From contig CAZGFX010000003.1 in NCBI GenBank assembly GCA_964524845.1, positions 31,051-95,050 of the forward strand: 64,000 nucleotides of DNA. Reading direction: 5' to 3'. Source of the stretch: an uncultured Gammaproteobacteria bacterium (lineage in GTDB: Bacteria > Patescibacteriota > Patescibacteriia > CAZGFX01). The notes under the pieces were generated by a model that worked only from the letters and a program-made list of their open reading frames with translations, had not been told where the DNA came from and did not search any database. Positions 41,817 through 50,993 of the stretch are shown piece after piece. The position numbers were made by a program, and so were the translations under genes. Within the stretch, counting starts at the first letter, position 1. Each line of letters begins with the position of its first letter.

Positions 41817-43703
41817 TTACTGTGACAAAGCACCCGAAGAATCATTGGTATTTGATAACCCTGGGTTGTTGTTCTCTCCATTTTCATCAACAGATATCAC
41901 ATCTGTAGAAACAGTTGGTGCATTTGGATCTTTTCCTCTCATGCATATCGCGGGCCATGCTTTATAATTACTGAAAAAGGTTTCTTTTTCTTCGTGTCCA
42001 TCAGAATATTTTACAACATAATCAAAAGATGCCTTGACTCCTTTATGAGCCCTCTCTGTACACTTCTCTTCTCCAAATTTTAACTCATCTGTTTCCACAT
42101 ATTGAACTGGGCCTGGGTCAGTCCACCCCCATACAGACGGTGTTGTTCTATATGCTGTTCGCCCATCTTTTGTTCCCCAAAAATCAAAAAATACATTTGT
42201 TCCCTCAACACGTCCACTTATTAATATATAATTACCTGTATCATTTAAAAATCTTAAATCTGGTTTCGGATAATATATTGTGGCATCAACCCCCGGAAGC
42301 CCATCTTCGAGATAATAAGTAACATTATACGAGTGGTTTCTTCGCTCAAGAATTTTGAGTCCTGATGAAAGCGCGGCTCGAAAAACAGTTGTTCCAATCT
42401 GACATAGTCCACCACCATATTCTTTCTGTGTTTTATTTCCTTTTATAACCAACTCTGGTAAATATCCTTGTTCCGCAGTCGTACTACCAAGAAGCGCTAT
42501 AAGAGAAAACTCCTCGTTCGGAGCAAGAAGTGTTCCATCAACCGTATGAACACCTATTTTTATATTATGAATACGATTTGCTGGTGATCCTGCAAAATTT
42601 GATTCACCAGTTCCAACAACCTCTGTAATACCTAATGTATTAACATCTTTGGTGTGTATTTTTGGCAAAGCCTCTTTCACAATAAGTGAAACTGAATTTG
42701 TACGAGTATTAAACAAGGACTCTGTGATCGACTCAACTAAGTTGTCCATATCAATTTCTCGTCCGTTTCTTGAAGGAATAAACTCCTTAACCTTATTATC
42801 TTTTATTTCAAGTTTGGCATCCTGTGGAGCACGCTCAATTACAGAACGCATTTCTTTAATAGATTCGTATAACTTTTCTTTCGATATGTTTAGAGCCGGT
42901 TTTTTTGTTTCTTCATTAAAAGACAGAACTATCCATTTGATATATTCTTTATAAAAGAACTTCCATTTTTGCTTCTCATATATTAAAGAAATTGCTGGGA
43001 GTACTGATTTTAGTTCATCAAAAACAGTTAGAAGCGGGGACGCATCGCTTTCAGAAAAACGAGGATCAGTATTTTTTTTGATCAAGTTGATCGGTGTTAT
43101 TGAAAAAGAAGAAACCATTGAACGAGTGTCTATTAAAGCCGCGTCCAGATCAAACTCGATTCCTTTTTGAGCCCGTGTTATTTCATATGAACCGTCTTCG
43201 TGCCACAAGAGTTCAGGCTCTGTTCCTTTTTGAACAAGTGTTTCGAGACTTTCTTCCATTGTCATGCGCCACAAACTATCATTAATTGAATATATAAAAT
43301 TTGTTTTAATCGGAAAAATCATATGATTTAGACGTTCCCACATGGTGCCTGTTCTACCTGTTTCATATGCAAGAAGAACTGTTTTTTGAATATCAACATC
43401 AACAATTTCCTGAGCAAGCGCTGGATCGTCTGTTAATATTCTTGATGGAATGTTTATAGGAGAATGCCCGTCAATTAAATATGTAAATCCTTTTGCAAGT
43501 GCTTCTTCTGTTTTTTCAGTCAAAAGTCTTTCCGCAGTCTCACTGCTCAAGCCACCAACGGCATATCCATCGACCGAAACATTTGGAAATATACGTCCTT
43601 CATACTGATATATATATAGGAAAACAACTAGAGATACAACAACAAGACACCCACACATTATAATGAGAGCATCGATAAAATATCTGACAAGTCGTTGAAT
43701 CAT
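41817..43703 (-). CDS. VanW-domain protein with an N-terminal membrane anchor
   Basis: ...EYGGGLCQIGTTVFRAALSSGLKILERRNHSY... matches the VanW conserved core. Confidence 0.7.
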   Translation of the reverse strand: MIQRLVRYFIDALIIMCGCLVVVSLVVFLYIYQYEGRIFPNVSVDGYAVGGLSSETAERLLTEKTEEALAKGFTYLIDGHSPINIPSRILTDDPALAQEIVDVDIQKTVLLAYETGRTGTMWERLNHMIFPIKTNFIYSINDSLWRMTMEESLETLVQKGTEPELLWHEDGSYEITRAQKGIEFDLDAALIDTRSMVSSFSITPINLIKKNTDPRFSESDASPLLTVFDELKSVLPAISLIYEKQKWKFFYKEYIKWIVLSFNEETKKPALNISKEKLYESIKEMRSVIERAPQDAKLEIKDNKVKEFIPSRNGREIDMDNLVESITESLFNTRTNSVSLIVKEALPKIHTKDVNTLGITEVVGTGESNFAGSPANRIHNIKIGVHTVDGTLLAPNEEFSLIALLGSTTAEQGYLPELVIKGNKTQKEYGGGLCQIGTTVFRAALSSGLKILERRNHSYNVTYYLEDGLPGVDATIYYPKPDLRFLNDTGNYILISGRVEGTNVFFDFWGTKDGRTAYRTTPSVWGWTDPGPVQYVETDELKFGEEKCTERAHKGVKASFDYVVKYSDGHEEKETFFSNYKAWPAICMRGKDPNAPTVSTDVISVDENGENNNPGLSNTNDSSGALSQ

Positions 43704-43894
43704 TGGTTTCCAAGAAGTGTGTTTAGAATGGCTTTTGAGAGATCTTCTGTCGTGGCGCCAATGTGTATAATAATTTCATCTCCTTCTTTAATTTGTTCCT
43801 TGAACAAAGATCTATCAATTTTAAGACTCTGACCATCAATAAATTCAATAATCACAGCGTGTTCGTCTATTTTACTAATACGGGCACGAAGCAT
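43700..43894 (-). CDS. Small hypothetical protein, translationally coupled to the VanW gene
   Basis: 64 aa with a 4-bp ATGA overlap with the downstream gene. Confidence 0.45.
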   Translation of the reverse strand: MLRARISKIDEHAVIIEFIDGQSLKIDRSLFKEQIKEGDEIIIHIGATTEDLSKAILNTLLGNQ

Positions 43895-43896
43895 AT

Positions 43897-44361
43897 TTAT
43901 TCTTCATCATTATCCACTCTAACGTTTACGGAGTGTGTTTTATTAATTTTTGGAATTTTGAGTGTTAGTATTCCATTTTTAAGCGTTGCTTCAGCTCTTG
44001 TTGAATCTAGATCAAATGGCAAAAGAATTGAACGAGAAAATGCTCCCCAATAACACTCTTGATACAAATAATTTTTATCTTTAACTGTATGATCAAGCGA
44101 GCGTTTACCACGAAGCGTTACCATATCTCCTTCTATTGCGATATCGAGATCCTCGGAAGTCACTCCGGCTATTGTTGATTTTATATAAACATATTGATCG
44201 TCATGATACACATCAACGGACAACTGGCCTTCATATTCGTCCTCAAAAGTATCAAGAAGATCTTTCTCAACATCCGGATAAGACACGGAAGAATTAAGCA
44301 TATCCTCTTCATCGGAATTGGTTGCTTTTTTGAATGAAAACAATTTTGTAAGTTTGGACAT
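43897..44361 (-). CDS. Hsp20/alpha-crystallin small heat-shock protein
   Basis: ACD pattern ...VYIKSTIAGV...GDMVTLRGKR...FSRSILLPFD...GILTLKIPK. Confidence 0.8.
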   Translation of the reverse strand: MSKLTKLFSFKKATNSDEEDMLNSSVSYPDVEKDLLDTFEDEYEGQLSVDVYHDDQYVYIKSTIAGVTSEDLDIAIEGDMVTLRGKRSLDHTVKDKNYLYQECYWGAFSRSILLPFDLDSTRAEATLKNGILTLKIPKINKTHSVNVRVDNDEE

Positions 44362-44544
44362 ATTTGTTTTTACAATATATCGGCACTATAGCGCATTTTT
44401 CGTCTAACCACAAGCAAAAATGTGAAGAATTATAATTAAAAGAACTTGCTCATTATACTGCTTTTTCATTCGTCTGCGGGTCACATCGCTCGCGAGCGAC
44501 GTGACGGGGCAAGGAACCCGCAAAATAAAATAACACCTTATTTC

Positions 44545-44620
44545 TGGTGCTGAGAGCGGGAGTTGAACCCGCGACACAAGGATTTTCAGTCCTTTGCTCT
44601 ACCAACTGAGCTATCTCAGC
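44545..44620 (-). tRNA. tRNA-Phe (GAA), embedded between 19-bp perfect inverted repeats
   Basis: GCTGAGATAGCTCAGTTGGTAGAGC...CTGAAAA anticodon loop...CCA. The flanks taacaccttatttctggtg and caccagaaataaggtgtt are exact reverse complements. Confidence 0.9.
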
Positions 44621-44654
44621 AGGAAAGCACCAGAAATAAGGTGTTGAATAAAAA

Positions 44655-44729
44655 TGGTGACCCGTAGGGGAATCGAACCCCTGTTGCCAGGATGAAAACC
44701 TGGTGTCCTAACCCCTAGACGAACGGGCC
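44655..44729 (-). tRNA. tRNA-Glu (TTC)
   Basis: GGCCCGTTCGTCTAGGGGTTAGGACACC...TTTTCAT anticodon loop...GGTTCGATTCCCC...CCA. Confidence 0.85.
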
Positions 44730-44911
44730 GCGCAAGTCTTCATTCAAGACAAAGCTTTCTTATAATAAGGTGTTTTTTGATTCGCGTCAATGTATAAAAA
44801 CAATAAAAACAGGTCTTTTTTATACTTGATAATTTTATACGAAAATGATAAAAATATATGACAAATATGTACGATCAAATTATTGAAATAACATAAATAA
44901 AGGAGTTTCTT

Positions 44912-45388
44912 ATGAAACAAGTGCCAGATAAACATAAAAAGACAATCAAACGAATTTTGTGGACCGCGTGTTTTATTGACGAAGACGATTTGGAAAAAAT
45001 TAAAAACCATAGTCCATCTGTTCGAAAATCCTGCAAAAAAATACTTGCCCCAATTATGGAGCTTGTAGAATTCATATTTAAAACAATGGACCACAATCTT
45101 CTTATGCCTGCCGTAGAAGAAAATTGTAGCGAGTACATAAACAAATTTCTATCTTCCGAAGATGAACAAAAACCAACCCCAGAAGATTTTGCAAACATTA
45201 TTACTGCGTGCGAACAAACAGGAATAAGATTGCAAAAAGCATGGGCTCGGTACACCGAAAAACAAACCATTGAATTCATTATAGACAATCTTCGTTTACT
45301 TGAAACAATCGAAAGAGACAAAATAGAAGAAGGCATGAAACAACAAAAATTATTCAAGGACATCGAAGATTTTATATCAGAAAAATAA
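44912..45388 (+). CDS. Hypothetical cytoplasmic protein
   Basis: AAGGAG RBS. 158 aa with no recognisable motif. Confidence 0.55.
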   Translation: MKQVPDKHKKTIKRILWTACFIDEDDLEKIKNHSPSVRKSCKKILAPIMELVEFIFKTMDHNLLMPAVEENCSEYINKFLSSEDEQKPTPEDFANIITACEQTGIRLQKAWARYTEKQTIEFIIDNLRLLETIERDKIEEGMKQQKLFKDIEDFISEK

Positions 45389-45449
45389 CGAACTTATTTT
45401 AAAAGCTTGGGAAACACCCCAAGCTTTTTTTATAAAAACACTTTAAATA

Positions 45450-46523
45450 TTAAAAAGATCCGTACAATGTATATGTAACTGTATCAGTATAATCAGACGC
45501 CGCAACTGTTAAATTACCAATAGCCGCTTTATAAGTCACAACAGTTGATTCGCTCGTTACGGGTCCTGTGTTTGTACAAAAATTAGCTTCCGCAAGAGGA
45601 AGTATTCCTACGTCATTTCCTGTTTTATCATACACCGCATCCACATCGGCCGTAGACGATGTTCCTTGAACACCATAACCTTCTGTTCCTGCAACTAGTG
45701 TTGTTGTTGAGCTCTGTATCAAATGCGATGTGCCGGAACTATACATTCCGGGATTTGATCCACTTCCTGCGCCATTCACTTTCAGTGTATAGCCATTTTG
45801 AGCGTTTGTCGTAACAGCGATCGATGTGGTCGATGACGCAGTATTAACACTGGTTGTACTTAACGACCCAAATGCAATCGTATCTCCAGTAATCTCAAGA
45901 GTTAAAATAGGAGACGATGTACCGGCGTTTACAACAGGACCGAAACGAGACTGTGTGAATGCCCCTTGGCGAGACGAAGCTTTTACATAATACGTCGTCC
46001 CTGAATCAAGTCCCAAAATATTTACGCCACTAGCACCTCCCCACCCTCCTGTTCCTGAGTATGTACGAAAATCCTCAATACCAAGAGTCGCTCCTACAGT
46101 ATTATCGTCTTGAACATAGCGTGTATCAGCGACAAAATTATCGTCAGATATCGCCACAGCGAACTTATAATCAGATGCCTTATCTCCTCCGTTTACAACT
46201 AGTTTTAATCGATCATAATATGTTGAAGGATTGGAAAGTGTGAGCGTGACTACATCTGCTGTAATTGTATTCTCAAAACCAGCATCGGCTCCATAATTTG
46301 ATGAATCTGTATTTGTCGAAGCAACCGGGCGCACGCCGCCTTGTTCTTTATAATTATCCGACGCAGAATCATCGAAACCACCACCAATAGATGATGTTTG
46401 AATTTTATAATTATCACTCGATGCTTCTTCTGCATATACGTGTATAATCGGCATGCACAATGAAACGAAAAAGATAAAAAGTGTTAGACGAGTTGTTATA
46501 AAAAATATTTTTTTCATAAACAT
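45450..46523 (-). CDS. Secreted Thr/Ser/Gly-rich surface protein
   Basis: Signal peptide, then low-complexity T/S/G-rich sequence with beta-rich repeats. No catalytic motif. Confidence 0.55.
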   Translation of the reverse strand: MFMKKIFFITTRLTLFIFFVSLCMPIIHVYAEEASSDNYKIQTSSIGGGFDDSASDNYKEQGGVRPVASTNTDSSNYGADAGFENTITADVVTLTLSNPSTYYDRLKLVVNGGDKASDYKFAVAISDDNFVADTRYVQDDNTVGATLGIEDFRTYSGTGGWGGASGVNILGLDSGTTYYVKASSRQGAFTQSRFGPVVNAGTSSPILTLEITGDTIAFGSLSTTSVNTASSTTSIAVTTNAQNGYTLKVNGAGSGSNPGMYSSGTSHLIQSSTTTLVAGTEGYGVQGTSSTADVDAVYDKTGNDVGILPLAEANFCTNTGPVTSESTVVTYKAAIGNLTVAASDYTDTVTYTLYGSF

Positions 46524-46903
46524 GAAATTATTTTCTCTTTCATTGAAACAAGCTCCTCATCTGAGACGGCGTGCGCCCGATGCGGATCAAGTTCATGCGG
46601 ATTATTGATTGGAATAAGATGAATATGCGCATGAGGAACACCAAATCCTTCCACAACAATTCCAACTCGACTGGAACCTGTTGCTTTTTTCAAAGCGGGA
46701 GCAAAAGACTTAGCATACGCGAACAACGCATTATATACTTCATCATCCAAATCAAAAATATAATCAACTTCTTTTCTCGGAATAACCAAAACATGCCCTG
46801 GATTTACCGGCCGAATATCAAGAATGCAAAAAAAATTCTCATTCTCATGAATAATATGACCGGGTATTTCTTTGTTGATAATTCTCGTAAAAATCGATGG
46901 CAT
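46514..46903 (-). CDS. HIT-family (histidine triad) nucleotide hydrolase
   Basis: HAHIHLIP histidine-triad motif near the C-terminus. Confidence 0.8.
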   Translation of the reverse strand: MPSIFTRIINKEIPGHIIHENENFFCILDIRPVNPGHVLVIPRKEVDYIFDLDDEVYNALFAYAKSFAPALKKATGSSRVGIVVEGFGVPHAHIHLIPINNPHELDPHRAHAVSDEELVSMKEKIISCL

Positions 46904-47032
46904 ATGTGTTTATAAAGAATCAAATCTACATATAGTGTAGCACAAAAAGAATATCGGCCAAAGACTGACCTACCTTTGATCAAAACAAAAAACGCCTTTT
47001 ATTAAAAAGGCGTTTCTTTATATGACGTACTA

Positions 47033-47500
47033 TTATTGATTAAAATTTATTTTTATTTTTGATTCGAGATACTTGTTCTCGCCACACTCTTCGCAATGAA
47101 CAATTATGTTTAGATATTTGGCTTCTTTCGGTATTTCATTTATAGGATAATTGATCTTTTCACTCTGATCTTCTATGACATGACTACCAAAACGCAAAAG
47201 TCCGAATACTGTTTCATTTACACCGCGCGAAAGAAATTTATTATCACTATCCCCATACCAATACTCAACCGGCGCTTTTATAAGATCACCTTCTTTTTTA
47301 TTAAATATGAGCGTTGCACGACCGGAAATAGTTATGACAACCGAAAATCTTTTTCCAAGTAATTTTTCTTTAATTGTTTTTCCTTTGTTTGCTTCATATA
47401 TCATTAATTTCGGAACGACACCGTCATTGTTTTGCGCATTGATAATCGTTTCTCCGAAAAATAACAAGATCAAAACAAAACACAATATGACAATCTTCAT
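47033..47500 (-). CDS. Hypothetical secreted protein
   Basis: Signal peptide. 155 aa. Confidence 0.5.
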   Translation of the reverse strand: MKIVILCFVLILLFFGETIINAQNNDGVVPKLMIYEANKGKTIKEKLLGKRFSVVITISGRATLIFNKKEGDLIKAPVEYWYGDSDNKFLSRGVNETVFGLLRFGSHVIEDQSEKINYPINEIPKEAKYLNIIVHCEECGENKYLESKIKINFNQ

Positions 47501-47514
47501 GGTACCCCCTTTTG

Positions 47515-47850
47515 TTATCTTGTTCGTCCGATGAGGTTTCCATATTGTTTAAAAACAAGACCCCAACGACTACGTGTATAATTATTTATACGAATCGTTT
47601 TCGGAACAATCTTTTTAAAAAATAATTTAAAATTTTTTTGTTGCTTTTTGCCATTAGGGCCATCAAAAAGCTGATATAGAATCTCTGGTTCAGCTCCGAC
47701 TTTCAAATAACCCTGTATCGTATTAAGCATGTGTTTGACCGATACGACAAAAACTCTTTTGTCTTCTTTATCACCATTCTTAACGGAAGAGCCTCGGCGT
47801 TTCATTTTTCCTCTTCCAAAATGATTTGAAAGAAAATCTTTCTTACTCAT
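47515..47850 (-). CDS. Hypothetical small basic protein
   Basis: 111-aa Lys/Arg-rich ORF with no assignable family. Confidence 0.45.
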   Translation of the reverse strand: MSKKDFLSNHFGRGKMKRRGSSVKNGDKEDKRVFVVSVKHMLNTIQGYLKVGAEPEILYQLFDGPNGKKQQKNFKLFFKKIVPKTIRINNYTRSRWGLVFKQYGNLIGRTR

Positions 47851-48052
47851 AAAACCTCCGTATGTTAGTTCGTGTTATGTGTTTTTTATGTATGTTATTT
47901 AATGTATTATTTTGTAAAAATGATACTATAATGTTCTTCTTGTGTCAAATTATCCCAATATATAAGCCATTTCCAGATATTGACTTTATAAATTATTAAA
48001 TGTATAGTAGATTGAAAATAACAAAACAAAAAACAAACAAGGAGAAGGCGTT

Positions 48053-49093
48053 ATGACACCGTGTTTAGTATCTACGAAAGCCATTCCCGGCAAAACAAAA
48101 ATCATTCTCTTTGACAGTAAAAGCACACACTGGTTTCTGGGATTGAGTCCTCATATGCTGAAGAAAAAAGAACGGCTGGAATCAAGTTATTCCATTGTTG
48201 AGTTTTTCAACAAAAACAATTTTTTCTTTAAAACCGAATTCATTGATGGAATCATAAAAGAAAAAAGATTTTCTTCTATGATAAACAGGAGTTATGAATC
48301 CGTTAACGATAAGAAACACTACAGCAAAAGACAAATTCTTATCGCTACCGGAATTTTTGAAGACTATCCTATGAGTATTGTATCAATCGGGACAAATCCG
48401 ATACACACTGTACGACAAGAAAAAGACAAATATGTGTTCGCTGAGATAAAAAAATTTCAATGGCACCATATGAAACTCGGAGACGGAATTGTCTTTCCTT
48501 GGAGAGAAAAAGCTTCGGAAGAAGATCGAGAAAAAGAAATTTATTATCTTCATGATTATGCTTTTCTAAAAAAAGTCTCCTCTAACAAGGTGTTTACAAG
48601 ATTGACAGAATTTCCTTCCGACGAAGGAACGATGGTCATCGAAGAACCACCTGAAATTTTTGGGACAGACTCAATATCAGTAAGCGAGGAAAACGAAACA
48701 TTTGTTCTTCCTCCAACAATTGAACAGGAATTTTCATCTGAGAAAAGATCATACAGTCTTCCCTGTCTCATGGAGACGTTCGGTATGTCTGGATACAAAG
48801 GAGTTGTAACCGTATACGATGATCGGAAAAACTCAATAGGATTTTTCTCTATCAATGAATGTAAAATCCTAGACGCAGAGATCAGAAAACCAAAAAAGAA
48901 TGGGATGGATGCGATGGAACACCTTGTTCTGTTTCCAAAAGGAATTGCAATACTCGACACCAGAGCAACTCCGATTAAAAAAATGAACGTTCAACTTCCA
49001 GGAGGATTGTACGAAATAATGATGTCCGCGGAACGTAAACGCGAAGGCATTATAAAAGACGAAAACGAATTTCGTGCGGCCGCTATAAAATAA
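48053..49093 (+). CDS. Hypothetical cytoplasmic protein (346 aa)
   Basis: AAGGAGAAGG RBS. No recognisable motif. Confidence 0.55.
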   Translation: MTPCLVSTKAIPGKTKIILFDSKSTHWFLGLSPHMLKKKERLESSYSIVEFFNKNNFFFKTEFIDGIIKEKRFSSMINRSYESVNDKKHYSKRQILIATGIFEDYPMSIVSIGTNPIHTVRQEKDKYVFAEIKKFQWHHMKLGDGIVFPWREKASEEDREKEIYYLHDYAFLKKVSSNKVFTRLTEFPSDEGTMVIEEPPEIFGTDSISVSEENETFVLPPTIEQEFSSEKRSYSLPCLMETFGMSGYKGVVTVYDDRKNSIGFFSINECKILDAEIRKPKKNGMDAMEHLVLFPKGIAILDTRATPIKKMNVQLPGGLYEIMMSAERKREGIIKDENEFRAAAIK

Positions 49094-49226
49094 TTATCAA
49101 AATTAACCAATATACCAATATACAGAGGGGAAAACTCCCCTCTTTTTTATTCACAATACAAAAAACTCGACAAAACTGTTTTTGTAATATATTATGTTTT
49201 AGAAAAAACAATCACAAAAAGGAGGT

Positions 49227-49598
49227 TTGGCGATGAAAAAGAAAATAGAAGAAATTGTTTTGAAAAACAAGGAGATAAAAAACACACGCCTTGCATTTTA
49301 TGAAGAGCTTGCCATCATGCTCAGTGGTAAACGCAGTCCTTATCTACAAGGATTAAGTCTTTCAAAAGCAATTCATAATAGAACGATAAAAAAGAAGTTC
49401 CTATGGATTCCTTTTTTTTACAAACCTCACCTACTCCCGGAAAACATCGACGATCTGCTTGAAAAACTCATGGCGTGCAATAATAACACATGGCACGAAT
49501 TACTGCACAAATTAAAAGACGACGACAAGTTGTTTTTAAAATTTTCCGAACTCCGTCGGGAAAAATATCCCGCATCAAACGCACAAGTATTTATGTAA
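49227..49598 (+). CDS. Hypothetical protein (123 aa)
   Basis: GGAGG RBS. Confidence 0.5.
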   Translation: MAMKKKIEEIVLKNKEIKNTRLAFYEELAIMLSGKRSPYLQGLSLSKAIHNRTIKKKFLWIPFFYKPHLLPENIDDLLEKLMACNNNTWHELLHKLKDDDKLFLKFSELRREKYPASNAQVFM

Positions 49599-49643
49599 TT
49601 TTTACAAAAAACCGGTTCAAAGAGCCGGTATTTTTTATTGAAA

Positions 49644-50792
49644 TTATTTATTTCCAAGATCAGGAAGTTTTTGACGAATCTCTTCGAGAATCGAATACAA
49701 TGCTTGCTCAATATCTTCTTTTGTAAAAACAGAACAATGGTTTGGAGCTCCGATTGGGTTAAATACTCTGAGTGCTGACAAAATATTAATCGATTTATTG
49801 CTGTACACAACAACTTCCTTTTCCTCTTTTCCTGAGTCTATACCGACAATGGTTACGAGAACTCCTTGGGCCGTGCTTATAAGTTCCGACACGACATACT
49901 CTATATCTCTGCGATCAGCGTGAGACGCTTCCATATCCTCCTTTGTTAAGTGCGTCCACAAAATTCCACGAGGCATATCATAAGCTATGCGCGCGAGCGC
50001 CTTGCCCCAAAGCTTCATCTGACTTACAGACTTATTACGATACAGATGATGCACGATTCCGTTTCGATCAGCGCCTTTCGTGACCAAGGCGCTCGCGCAC
50101 TCCATTGTTCTCGGAGTAACATCGCTCGAACGGAATGAACGTGTTCCTGATATAATTCCTGCCAGAAGTCCTGTTGCGTTTTCCGCGGTAAGAAACTCAG
50201 GATATCCTCCTACAATAAGTTCATAAAAAATCTCAGCGATGGTGCTTGCTGTAGCATCAACTAGAGCGAGCTGCCCGTAATGAGCATTGTTTGTCGTAAT
50301 TCCAATATTAATAATCGGTGTCGTATAAAAAAGATCTGTGGCGCGAGTAAAAACATTTCCAAGATCACCGAGCTCAGGAGTGTTAATCGTAATAATCAAA
50401 TCATATTTATATTCAGTAGTACCAACAACGACGTCTTCCGGACGAAACGACCCATCGCGCGGTTCGAAATAACAAATAACCGAATCAGAAGTTGTGTCAT
50501 AATAAAAATTTTTCAGACCATTGTTTTTTGTATTCACTGATACCGAAAGTTTCCTTGCAACGGGCAGCTCGCTTTTTATTTCTCCATGTCCTGATAAAAA
50601 ACTCATATGAGGCACATCAAACCCATCACATATGACATCAACATTCGGAGTGATTTTTTTACAAATAGAAAAACAAACGAGGCCGGAAGCAACCACATCT
50701 CCATTTGCATTCTTCGGTAATACAATAAGTATTGAACTGTGTTTTCTGATTAAATCCCAAAAATGAGAAACATCAGCATGATACAACGCCAT
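49644..50792 (-). CDS. DHH/DHHA1-fold paralogue with substituted catalytic motifs (probably non-catalytic)
   Basis: NANGD stands where NPDGD is expected (motif I), NNAH where DHH is expected (motif III), and GAPNH where GGGH is expected (DHHA1). The canonical copy at 53522 provides the comparison. Confidence 0.5.
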   Translation of the reverse strand: MALYHADVSHFWDLIRKHSSILIVLPKNANGDVVASGLVCFSICKKITPNVDVICDGFDVPHMSFLSGHGEIKSELPVARKLSVSVNTKNNGLKNFYYDTTSDSVICYFEPRDGSFRPEDVVVGTTEYKYDLIITINTPELGDLGNVFTRATDLFYTTPIINIGITTNNAHYGQLALVDATASTIAEIFYELIVGGYPEFLTAENATGLLAGIISGTRSFRSSDVTPRTMECASALVTKGADRNGIVHHLYRNKSVSQMKLWGKALARIAYDMPRGILWTHLTKEDMEASHADRRDIEYVVSELISTAQGVLVTIVGIDSGKEEKEVVVYSNKSINILSALRVFNPIGAPNHCSVFTKEDIEQALYSILEEIRQKLPDLGNK

Positions 50793-50993
50793 GTCCTTCC
50801 TTTGTTATTCAAAAAAGATATAAGAATATATCGTATAATTGTATATCATGAGAAAATTGTAGTCAATTTATTTATTGCTAAAACAAGAGAAATTATTGAC
50901 TTTATGTGGATATTTTATTACAACATACTTTTTTATCTTTTATTACTCAACAATCTTGACAGATGGCTTATTTTACAATAAAATCAGCGTGTT

